From Kofleriaceae bacterium (GTDB lineage: Bacteria > Myxococcota_A > Polyangia > Haliangiales > Haliangiaceae): a DNA stretch of 64,000 nucleotides. The notes under the pieces were generated by a model, which ran no database searches, was not told where the DNA came from, and saw only the letters and a program-made list of their open reading frames with translations. Where the stretch lies: assembly GCA_965215005.1 (NCBI GenBank), contig CBDCCZ010000004.1, positions 1-64,000 on the forward strand, written 5' to 3'. A program made the position numbers and the translations under genes. Positions 20,093-28,972 of the stretch are shown here, piece after piece. Position 1 is the stretch's first letter. Each line of letters opens with the position of its first letter.

Positions 20093-20914
20093 TCAAAACT
20101 CGGGAAGCCGGTAGCGCCAACCGAGCTGAACGTAGTCGATCCACGGGATACACAGAGCGTCGGCGACGGCGCGGTGGCAGCCGAGCTGGCCATAGACGCG
20201 TCGCATAGCGTTCGCGAGCGCGTGTTCTCGTGCCGATGGATCGCTCCACAGCGGTAGAACGTCGGTAGGCATGGCGCGTGCGTGGCTATCGTAAATGGTG
20301 CTGCGCAGCTCGGCGACATTGTGCCGCCAAGGCAGTCCGGCAAGCGCCGCTACGTCCATTGCAGTAGAACAGGCTCCACGCAGTTCGCTCATAAAGTGGC
20401 GAGCCAACTGCACGATGTCGAGCGGGCGATGGCGTAGCGGCGGCACGCGCAGCACGGAACCGGCTGCCGAACGCCAGGCACTGCGCATTGCCTCGAACGG
20501 TTGCGGCGCCGAAGTAGTCGCGATGAGCTGACATCGCTTGACTGGCCAGTTGTCGTAGAGCTCGGCGAGCTCTTGCCGTAGCTCCGGCGGCAAGAGCTGC
20601 AGCTCCCGCACCATTAAGGTGCCGTTATCGGCCACTTGCAGCCCACGCTGCAGCGCAGCCGCCAGCTCGCTCGTCGACCCCCGACTGCAGTCGAGGATGA
20701 CCAGCGCGCCGTGCCGCGCCGATGCTTCGTGGATCAACCGTGCGAAGCTACGTGCACCGGCTCCTGGCGCAGCGATAATCAACACGTGCACGGCGCGCGC
20801 AGCGAGTACGAGCGCATGACGGCGAGCGGCGACAAATGGCGGCGCACTTCCGATTAATGCGGTGAACAGACCGGCTGTCTTCGTTTCGTCGCAAGCAGCA
20901 AAACAGGCATCCAT
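20093..20914 (-). CDS. Degenerate sigma54-activator-like (AAA+-like/HTH) regulator
   Basis: ARLIHEAS, GTLMVRE, LIATTS, VPPLRHRPLDI, WRHNVAEL and a C-terminal HTH; Walker A Lys and GAFTGA are missing. Confidence 0.7.
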   Translation of the reverse strand: MDACFAACDETKTAGLFTALIGSAPPFVAARRHALVLAARAVHVLIIAAPGAGARSFARLIHEASARHGALVILDCSRGSTSELAAALQRGLQVADNGTLMVRELQLLPPELRQELAELYDNWPVKRCQLIATTSAPQPFEAMRSAWRSAAGSVLRVPPLRHRPLDIVQLARHFMSELRGACSTAMDVAALAGLPWRHNVAELRSTIYDSHARAMPTDVLPLWSDPSAREHALANAMRRVYGQLGCHRAVADALCIPWIDYVQLGWRYRLPEF

Positions 20915-21080
20915 GCTCTCAAATACGTCGCGCTTCCCCTCGAGCTTCCCTATGAGCCGACGATTGGGATCCGTGCGCCGCGCACCGAATTAACGACACT
21001 CTCGGGACAATAGTCCGCTGCGAGCGCAACCTTCGCACAGGCGGGCTGGACTGCAGCCTCGACAGCAGTATCCTCGCGCC

Positions 21081-23381
21081 GTGAAGCGCTCAGATGGTAT
21101 CAAGGCACTGCTCTGGATGTGCTGGAGCTCTACGATGATCGGCTGCGGCGGCTCGCGCGCGGCGGCGCCTGCGGGAGCTGTTGTGAAGCCCGCCGTCGCG
21201 GCGACTGAGGCGCCGGCGATCGATTCGGAGTTTATGGCAGAGCTGGCGCGAACCTATGGGTTCAAGCTGGGAAGGCCGACAGCTGTCACCATCACACCCG
21301 ATGGCAAGAAGGCGTTGTTCCTCCGCGCGGTCACAGCAGAGTCCTTCGAGATGGCGCTTTACGAGCTCGATCTCGCAGACGGTCGCGAACGACTGTTGGT
21401 GAACGCCGATATGCTGCTCGGTAGCGCGAGCGAGCGCATCAGCGACGCAGAGGCAGCGCGGCGCGAGCGTCAGCGGCAGGCGATGACGGGGGTGGTGTCG
21501 TATCAGCTCAGCGACGACGGCACGCGGTTGCTCGTCGGGCTCGCCGGGAGGTTGTTTATCATCGACCGCGTCACCACGAACGTATCGGAGCTGCCAAGGG
21601 ACGGCGGCGATGCGCTCGACCCGCGGTTCTCGCCGGATGGCAAGCACGTGGCGATGGTGCGCGATGGCGACCTGTACGTGAGCGAGGTCGAGAAGCTACG
21701 CAGTCGGCGTCTGACGTCTCGACCTAATGCGGACATCTCGTTTGGCGTCGCGGAATTCGTCGCGCAGGAGGAATTTGATCGCTCTCGCGGCTATTGGTGG
21801 TCGCCACGAAGTGACGCGCTGCTTTTTCAGCGAACCGACGAGAGCATGGTGCAACGTGCCTACTTGGCAGACCCTCTGAACCCAGAGTCAGAGCCGCGGC
21901 TGCGGCGCTACCCTCGTCCTGGTGGCGAAAACGCCGAGGTGCGGCTCGGAATACTTGATATAGCCAGCGGCAAGACGCGTTGGGTGGAGTGGGACCGCGC
22001 CACCTTTCCCTATCTGATCGATGCGACGTGGAGCAAGGCTGCTCCACCGACCATACTGGTTGCCAATCGCAAGCAAAGCGAGATGGCACTGCTTGCCATC
22101 AATACGCAAAGCGGCGCCACGCGTGAGTTGATTCGCGAGGCCGATAAAGACTTCGTCAACACCAATCGCGCGTATGTCGAGTGGATCGCCGATGGGAGCG
22201 GTTTCTTGTGGTCTACCGAGCGCGGCGGCAGGTATCAGCTGGAGCTGCGCGATCCGCAAGGGGCGCTGGTGCGCGAGCTAACGCCTCTCGATCTCGGTCT
22301 GCAGTCGGTGGTGGGAATCCCCGACGGCGGCGAGCACGTGTATGTCATCGCCAGCGCCGACCCGACCGAGTCGCACGTGTTTCGGGTGGCCCTGGCGACG
22401 GGCGTTGTGGAGCGGCTTACCGAAGAACGCGGCGAGCACCAGGTGGAAATCGGGCGGGCGCCGCATGCCTATGCACTTTTCTCGCAGCCACTGAGCGGGC
22501 CGCCGCAGGTGACAGTGGTGCGTGAGGACGGCTCGCGCGTGCCCATTCGATCCATCGCCAAAGTCCCCCCAATTGCAGTCAATCTGGAGCTGACGACGGT
22601 TGCCATCTCCGCCGGTGAGGTCCACGCGGCGATCGTGCGACCCCGCGACTTCGATTCCAAGAAACGTTATCCGGTGCTCAACGCGGTATATGCGGGTCCC
22701 GGAGTGCGCGTGGTCGTGGCCAACGAACGCGCGTACCTAGACGAGCAGTGGTATGCCGATCAGGGATTCATCGTGGTCTCCATCGATGGCCGCGGTACTC
22801 CCAATCGCGGACGTGATTGGGAGCGAGCGATCGCACGGGATCTCATCAGCGTGCCGCTCGCGGACCAATCCGAGGCGATTCTCGCGCTTGCTGAACGCTT
22901 CCCAGAAATGGACCGTAATCGGGTCGGTATTTCGGGTTGGTCGTTTGGTGGCTATACGTCTGCCATGGCGTTGCTGCTGCGCCCCGACGTGTTTCACGTG
23001 GGCATCGCCGGTGCGCCAGTGACTGACTGGCGCTATTACGACACGGCGTACACCGAGCGCTACATGGGCCTGCCGGCCGACAACCCCGAGGGCTACACGA
23101 CGACCAGCGCGCTCACCTATGCCGATCGCCTCGAGCGGCCCTTGCTCATCATCCATGGCAGCGTTGACGACAATGTCTATCTGATGAATAGCCTGGCGTT
23201 GTCGAACGCGCTGTTTCGCGCCGGCAAGCCCCATGAGCTCCTGGTGATTCCTGGGCTCACGCATATGGTGGCGGATCCGCTGGTTCGCGCGCGCCTGCAC
23301 GAGCGAATCGCGATGTTTTTGCGCATGCACTTAGGGACGCCGAAGGTGGTCGAGCGCACCAGCGGGAACGCGCTGCGTTAG
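21081..23381 (+). CDS. S9B dipeptidyl-peptidase IV family protein
   Basis: DPPIV-N (EFVAQEEF..GYWWSP), GWSFGG nucleophile, DDNV, TH catalytic motifs. Confidence 0.92.
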   Translation: MKRSDGIKALLWMCWSSTMIGCGGSRAAAPAGAVVKPAVAATEAPAIDSEFMAELARTYGFKLGRPTAVTITPDGKKALFLRAVTAESFEMALYELDLADGRERLLVNADMLLGSASERISDAEAARRERQRQAMTGVVSYQLSDDGTRLLVGLAGRLFIIDRVTTNVSELPRDGGDALDPRFSPDGKHVAMVRDGDLYVSEVEKLRSRRLTSRPNADISFGVAEFVAQEEFDRSRGYWWSPRSDALLFQRTDESMVQRAYLADPLNPESEPRLRRYPRPGGENAEVRLGILDIASGKTRWVEWDRATFPYLIDATWSKAAPPTILVANRKQSEMALLAINTQSGATRELIREADKDFVNTNRAYVEWIADGSGFLWSTERGGRYQLELRDPQGALVRELTPLDLGLQSVVGIPDGGEHVYVIASADPTESHVFRVALATGVVERLTEERGEHQVEIGRAPHAYALFSQPLSGPPQVTVVREDGSRVPIRSIAKVPPIAVNLELTTVAISAGEVHAAIVRPRDFDSKKRYPVLNAVYAGPGVRVVVANERAYLDEQWYADQGFIVVSIDGRGTPNRGRDWERAIARDLISVPLADQSEAILALAERFPEMDRNRVGISGWSFGGYTSAMALLLRPDVFHVGIAGAPVTDWRYYDTAYTERYMGLPADNPEGYTTTSALTYADRLERPLLIIHGSVDDNVYLMNSLALSNALFRAGKPHELLVIPGLTHMVADPLVRARLHERIAMFLRMHLGTPKVVERTSGNALR

Positions 23382-23715
23382 TGTGCGATTCTTTCGCGTC
23401 TTGGCGAGCAACCGCGGCGTATCGCGTGCAGATAAAGGATCTCGCAGCAGCGTTCGATCCCCCGTTGACCCCAGTTGCTGGTGACTGAGCTTCTTCCTGC
23501 GCGTCGCGCGGCCGGCCGTGGGCCGAGCATCAACGCGGTGGCGGTCATTAAATGAGATTCGTTCGCAACCGGTGGCCGCGGAGGACCGATACAGCAGGCG
23601 CATCGAACGCGATGCGAGCGATGCGGGTTCAGGTGTGGCGTCGACCGCATTGTTTCGCGCGTAAGCAGCAAGGTGACGATTACGTCCGCGCGGCCTGGCG
23701 TCGAAGCGGGAGTGC

Positions 23716-23731
23716 TGGCATCGAGCGTGCT
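23716..23731 (+). promoter_or_regulatory. Putative sigma54 -24/-12 promoter of lanB
   Basis: TGGCATCGAGCGTGCT has GG-N10-GC spacing and sits just upstream of ATG 23746. Confidence 0.5.
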
Positions 23732-23745
23732 TGAGGGAACGGAAC

Positions 23746-26700
23746 ATGGGTGCGAAACAATGGCCTTATTACGCAAGTCGGCGCTTCGTGCTGCGCACAC
23801 CGCTGTTATCGGCGCGAAGGCTTGGTGGATGGGGCGGTGAGCGCGAGGACGGCAGCCCCCAGTCGCGTGCCGAGCTGCGCGAGTCGCTGCGGCGGCTCAT
23901 TGAAGACCCGCAGGTGAGCGAGGCGCTATTTCTTGCCTCGCCCTCGCTGTGGGAAAGTCTCGAGCGATGGCGCGCAGAGCCGGGGCATCCGCGGGCGCGA
24001 GCACTCGAGGTTGCCCTCGTCAAGTACGTCTCGCGGATGGCGCTGCGAGCCACGCCGTTTGGGCTCTTTTCTGGCGTGTCAGTGGGCGATATAGAGCGCC
24101 ACGGCCGATTGGAACTCGGCCCGCGGACAAGCATTCGCCGTCGCACCCGACTCGATAACGACTTCTTGTTCGCGCTGTGCGATGTCTTGAGCCGCGATCC
24201 GCAGCTGCGCGCGCGCTTGCGCTATCGGCCGAGCACGAGTCTGTATGGGGTCGCCGATCGCCTGCGTTATGCGGAGGCCCGATTGAACGGCACCGAGCGC
24301 AGTTATCATTTAGTGTCGGTCGAGCTAACCGCGTATCTCGAGGCCACGCTCGCACGTGCTCGGGACGGCGCGCGGCTCGAGGAGCTTGCGGCTGGGCTAG
24401 TCGCCGACGATTCCGAGATAGAGCCCGCCGAGGCACGCGCGTACCTCGACGAGCTGGTCGATGCGCAACTGTTGGTCTCGGACCTCGGCGTCACCATCAC
24501 CGGTCCCGAGCCGCTCGAGGCGCTGATCGTTCTTCTGCGCGAGGCCGCGCATCCACTCGCGGCTCCGCTGGTTCGTGCCCGCGCCGAGATGCGCGCCATC
24601 GACGAAGCGGGCGTTGCCGCGGCGCCGCGGAGGTATCGGTCGATCGCGCGCTCGCTCACTGAGGTCGTTCCCGAAGGCGCCCGGCCGGAGTTGGGACGCT
24701 TGTTTCAAGTCGATCTGGTCAAGCCTGCGGCGTCGCTGGCGCTGCCGCGGGCGGTGGTACGGGAGGTCGAGCAGGCGGTGGCGGCGCTCGCCCGGTGCAG
24801 CGAGCATCGTGACGACGTCGGGTTGCGTCGCTTCCGCGAGTCGTTCGCTTCACGCTATGAAGATCGCGAGGTGCCGCTGACGGAGGCGCTCGATGAAGAG
24901 TCTGGGGTTGGGTTCGAAGTCGCCAGCGGGCCGGGCAGTGAAGGCTCGCCGCTGTTAGCAGGACTGCCGTTTGGAGGCTCACGCAAGTCCGCGTCGGTCG
25001 AGCTATCGGCGAGTTTTGGCCACTTGGCGCGACGCCTGGCGGATCACGCGCAGCCTGGGCAAGGGCCTCTGGTGCTCGACGCCAGCGACCTAGCGGCCAT
25101 GGAAGCGAGCCCGCAAGCGACGCTGCCGGAGGCATTCAGCGTGCTGGCGAGGCTCGAAGCGGCGGATGAATCGGCCGCTCAGCGCGGAGACTTTCAGGTG
25201 CTCGTGGAAGGCGCTGCCGGTCCATCGGGCGCGCGCCTGTTGGGTCGCTTCTGTCATGCGTCGGCCGACATCGAGGCGCTGGTGCGCGAGCACCTGGCCG
25301 CGGAAGAGGCGCTGCGGCCTGAAGCGGTGTTCGCTGAGCTCGTTCACCTAAGCGAAGGGCGCATCGGCAACATCTTGTGTCGGCCGGTGCTTCGGTCCTA
25401 CGAGCTGCCGTATCTGGGTCTATCTGGAGCGCCTCGCGATCGGCAGCTGCAGCTCGATGACCTTATGGTTTCGGTTCGCGACTCGCGAGTTGTTCTGCGC
25501 TCGCGCTCGCTAGGCCAAGAGGTCGTTCCGCGGCTCAGCACGGCGCATAACTACCGGCTGCGCAGCCTCAGTATGTATCGCTTCTTGTGCGCGCTGCAGG
25601 GGCAGCAGGGCGGTGGTGTTGGCTGGAATTGGGGACCGCTGGCGCAGTTGCCGTATTTGCCGAGAGTGCGCCTTGGACGAGCCGTCTTGGCGCGGGCTCG
25701 CTGGCTGCTCGGCTCTGAAGAGATTGCGGCCATCACCGAAGCGGTGCGAAAGGAGCGGCGGTCGCGCCAAGCGGCGGACTTCGAAGCGGCGCAAGCAACG
25801 TTGCATGAACGCATGCAGGCGTTGCGTCGCCAGCGAGCGTTGCCGAGGTTCGTGGTGTTGGCCGATGGCGACAATGAGTTGCCGATCGATCTCGATAACG
25901 AGCTGTCCACGGCCGCGCTGGGCCACGAGCTGGCTGGTCGCAGTGCCGCCACGCTGTGCGAGCTGTTTCCCGACCCCGATGCGATGGCGTTTGAGGGGCC
26001 CGAGGGCAGCTATGCCAATGAGCTGTTGATTCCGTTCGTGCGCGCGGAACGCGCCGTGTCGCCGACGATTGCCAGGCCTTGCGCTCGACTGCCGCGGCGG
26101 TTCCTGCCCGGCTCGTCATGGCTGTACGCCAAGCTCTACTGCGGCAACGCCACGGCAGATCGCGTGCTGTGCGAGGCGGTGGGGCCGGTTGCGCGGGCAG
26201 CTGTTTCTGCGGGTGACATCGAGCGCTGGTTCTTCTTGCGCTACGCGGATCCCGAGCCGCATGTACGGGTGCGCTTCGCTGGCAAGCCAGACAAGCTCGC
26301 CGCGCTGTTGCGTGCGCTCGAGCAGGCGGTGCGCCCGTTGGCCGCCAGCGGCGCGATTTGGCGGATGCAGCTCGATACTTACGAGCGCGAGGTCGAGCGC
26401 TACGGCGGCGACTACGGCATCGAGCTGGCCGAAGAACTGTTCTTTTGCGACAGCGAAGCAGTGCTCGGCATCCTCGAGCACCTCGATGGCGACGCCGGGA
26501 CTGACGCGCGCTGGCGGCTGGCACTGCCCGGCGCCGAGGCGCTGTTGAACGATCTTGGCTTTGACGAGAGTCAGCGGCACGCCATCTATGCCGACGCGCG
26601 TCAGTCGTTTGGCCGCGAGTTTGGCGTGACCGCTGAGCTCGGCCGCCACCTCGGCACGCGCTACCGCGAGCTCGAGGGCCTCGAGTCACTCCTGAGGATG

Positions 26701-26958
26701 GCGCCGGACCACCCGTTGGCGCTCGGCTTTCAGCCGCTCGCCGAGCGTTCGCTGCGCCTGATCCCGATAGCCGCTGAGCTGCGCCGTCGCGATCAGGCCG
26801 GTGAGCTGCAGCCGACGTTGGCGCGCATCGCGTGGAGTTACGTCCACATGCATTGCAATCGGCTGCTTCACGCGTCGCACCGCGCCCACGAGCTGGTGCT
26901 CTACGATTTTCTCAACCGGCACTTCGCGGCGCGCCGGGCGCGGCAAGCAAATGGGTGA
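23746..26958 (+). CDS. lanB: Class I lanthipeptide dehydratase (glutamylation + elimination domains)
   Basis: LRTPLL, EALFLASPSL, RATPFGLFSG, LLGRF, GNILCRP, VVPRLSTAHN; C-terminal WLYAKLYCG, WFFLRYADP.HVRVRF, YEREVERYGG, HMHCNRL. Confidence 0.95.
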   Translation: MGAKQWPYYASRRFVLRTPLLSARRLGGWGGEREDGSPQSRAELRESLRRLIEDPQVSEALFLASPSLWESLERWRAEPGHPRARALEVALVKYVSRMALRATPFGLFSGVSVGDIERHGRLELGPRTSIRRRTRLDNDFLFALCDVLSRDPQLRARLRYRPSTSLYGVADRLRYAEARLNGTERSYHLVSVELTAYLEATLARARDGARLEELAAGLVADDSEIEPAEARAYLDELVDAQLLVSDLGVTITGPEPLEALIVLLREAAHPLAAPLVRARAEMRAIDEAGVAAAPRRYRSIARSLTEVVPEGARPELGRLFQVDLVKPAASLALPRAVVREVEQAVAALARCSEHRDDVGLRRFRESFASRYEDREVPLTEALDEESGVGFEVASGPGSEGSPLLAGLPFGGSRKSASVELSASFGHLARRLADHAQPGQGPLVLDASDLAAMEASPQATLPEAFSVLARLEAADESAAQRGDFQVLVEGAAGPSGARLLGRFCHASADIEALVREHLAAEEALRPEAVFAELVHLSEGRIGNILCRPVLRSYELPYLGLSGAPRDRQLQLDDLMVSVRDSRVVLRSRSLGQEVVPRLSTAHNYRLRSLSMYRFLCALQGQQGGGVGWNWGPLAQLPYLPRVRLGRAVLARARWLLGSEEIAAITEAVRKERRSRQAADFEAAQATLHERMQALRRQRALPRFVVLADGDNELPIDLDNELSTAALGHELAGRSAATLCELFPDPDAMAFEGPEGSYANELLIPFVRAERAVSPTIARPCARLPRRFLPGSSWLYAKLYCGNATADRVLCEAVGPVARAAVSAGDIERWFFLRYADPEPHVRVRFAGKPDKLAALLRALEQAVRPLAASGAIWRMQLDTYEREVERYGGDYGIELAEELFFCDSEAVLGILEHLDGDAGTDARWRLALPGAEALLNDLGFDESQRHAIYADARQSFGREFGVTAELGRHLGTRYRELEGLESLLRMAPDHPLALGFQPLAERSLRLIPIAAELRRRDQAGELQPTLARIAWSYVHMHCNRLLHASHRAHELVLYDFLNRHFAARRARQANG

Positions 26959-27129
26959 GGGCGCTGCGACAACGCAAGGCAGACGCCAAGAAGCCGCGCG
27001 AACTTGCCACATTCCGCCATGCTTCCATAGACTTGGCCACGTTCATGGCGCGCGGCTCGTGGTACTGTGTGGCGTTATGTTCGGCCCCTTGCGCGGTGGC
27101 GGTTGCGTGCCGTCTCCTCGAAACGCTGC

Positions 27130-28971
27130 ATGAGCGGAAGCGTGCTCATCCTCGATGGCGATCCCCGCCGAGTCGAGTGGGTCGTGCGCTGCCTGGGCGA
27201 TCGCTATATCTATGAGCGCGCCGCCACCCGCGATGCGGCTGTCGAGCGGCTCGAGAGCGGCCAGATCTCCGTCATCGTCGCCGGCGCGGCTCTCGACGAT
27301 GGCGATCTCGACGTCGCCCTGGTTCGAATCGCGGCGTGGGCGGCCGAACGCGGGGTCGCCGCGCCACCCATCGTCACCATCGGTGCACCAACCAGCCCGC
27401 AGCTCGACGGAATCGTCTATCACCAACTCTCGCCATACGTTGCGCCGAGCGACGTTCGGCTGCTGCTCGCCAGCGCGGTCGCAAAGCGACCCATCGCCGC
27501 TGAGCGGCGTGAGCCCACGGTTACCTCCGTCACGCAAGCGCGCGCTCTGCAGCGCGTCCTCGAGGCTACCCGGCGGCTCGCGGTGCAGCGCGATCTGCGC
27601 TCAGCCGAGACCGCGTGCCGTACCGCCATTGCCGAATTTGCCCCTTGTGAGCGCGCCTACTGCTTGTTCCACGATGGCGACAGCGGCGCGCTGTGGTCCG
27701 AGAAAGACACGGGTGCCGACGCGGATGACGAACGCCGCGCCATTCGCGGACTGGCTGGATTTTCAGCTCGAACCGGGGCGTCGGTCGTGGTCCATCGCGC
27801 TTCCACCGATGCGCGCTACGCCCGCGATATCGACGATCCTGCCGGCGACGGCGATGAACGCCTGCTCATTCAGCCGGTGCTGAGCGCGGATGGTCGCGTC
27901 CACGCGGTGTTCATCGCCGCTCGCGGCCCGCAAAGCGAGCCCTTCAGTTCCCGCGAACACGACGCATTGGCCTATTTCGCTGCTCAATGTGGGGCGCACT
28001 TGCAGCAGCTATCGCTTCATCTAGAAGCAGAAGCGCTGCTCGAAGGCGACCAGCCGGAGGGGCTGTTTCGCCGCGAGGCAGTGGCCGCGTCGAGCTCACG
28101 TGGCCGGTATGGCGACGTCATTCGCGTCTCGCCGGCGTGGGTGGGGGCGACCTTCTGGCTGATTCTCGCGGTGTTGCTTGCTGCCTTCGTGTACATGGTG
28201 GTCGGCCACATTCATCAGTTCAGCTCCGGGCCCGCGGTCATCCAGATCGCCGGTCGCGCCGAGGTCACTGCCAACGCCGACGGCACCGTGGCCGCGGTGG
28301 ACGTCGAGTCTGGCTCTCGAGTCGCCGAAGGACAGGTTCTCGCCCGACTCCACGACGCAGAGCAGCTTGCCCAGCTCGAGCGCATCGAGCGCGAGTTCTC
28401 CAATCAGCTGCGCAACCGACTGATCGACCCTGCCGACGAGGTCGCCGGCGAGGCGGTGCGCGGGCTTCGCGTCGAGCTCGACCGCGCGCGCTCGGCCCTC
28501 GAAGAGCGGCGGGTGCGCGCTCCGAATGCCGGCATCGTGAGCGACGTGCGGGTGCGTGCGGGACAGCGAGTGGTGCCCGGAGACGTGGTGATGTCGGTGG
28601 TGCAAGACGCCAGCGAGTTGTTCGTGGTTGCGCTGCTACCGGGCGGCGACCGCCCGCAGCTTTCGCCTGGCCAGGTCATGCGCCTGGAGATGCGCGGCTA
28701 CGACTACGCCTATCAAGAGATCACGGTGGACGCGGTCGCTTCCGAGGTCATCGGTCCCGGCGAGGCGCGGCGCTTTCTGGGTCCGCAAATCGCAGATACG
28801 CTGTCGCTAGGGGGGCCGGTGGTGCTGGTGCGAGCGCGTCTGCCGGGCACTGAGTTCGAAGCCGACGGCCGTACCTATCGCTATCACGACGGCATGCAAG
28901 CTACGGCGGAGGTGCGGGTGCGCTCGCGCAGCATCCTAGCCACGTTGATTCCCGCCTTGGAGCGCCTGTAA
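27130..28971 (+). CDS. HlyD-family secretion adaptor with N-terminal receiver-like and GAF domains
   Basis: SVLILDGD receiver-like N-terminus; GAF (GLAGFSARTG...DARY..DID...PFSSRE..AL); LFRREAV + TM + lipoyl-like/coiled-coil adaptor. Confidence 0.82.
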   Translation: MSGSVLILDGDPRRVEWVVRCLGDRYIYERAATRDAAVERLESGQISVIVAGAALDDGDLDVALVRIAAWAAERGVAAPPIVTIGAPTSPQLDGIVYHQLSPYVAPSDVRLLLASAVAKRPIAAERREPTVTSVTQARALQRVLEATRRLAVQRDLRSAETACRTAIAEFAPCERAYCLFHDGDSGALWSEKDTGADADDERRAIRGLAGFSARTGASVVVHRASTDARYARDIDDPAGDGDERLLIQPVLSADGRVHAVFIAARGPQSEPFSSREHDALAYFAAQCGAHLQQLSLHLEAEALLEGDQPEGLFRREAVAASSSRGRYGDVIRVSPAWVGATFWLILAVLLAAFVYMVVGHIHQFSSGPAVIQIAGRAEVTANADGTVAAVDVESGSRVAEGQVLARLHDAEQLAQLERIEREFSNQLRNRLIDPADEVAGEAVRGLRVELDRARSALEERRVRAPNAGIVSDVRVRAGQRVVPGDVVMSVVQDASELFVVALLPGGDRPQLSPGQVMRLEMRGYDYAYQEITVDAVASEVIGPGEARRFLGPQIADTLSLGGPVVLVRARLPGTEFEADGRTYRYHDGMQATAEVRVRSRSILATLIPALERL

Positions 28972-28972
28972 C

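Noticed and set aside
23382..23745. LanA precursor upstream of lanB
   Set aside because: The short ORFs here lack an RBS, a leader motif and a Ser/Thr/Cys-rich core
23746..26958. PEARL (peptide aminoacyl-tRNA ligase) or thiopeptide dehydratase
   Set aside because: The elimination domain is fused and the protein is full-length; no YcaO or pyridine synthase is nearby
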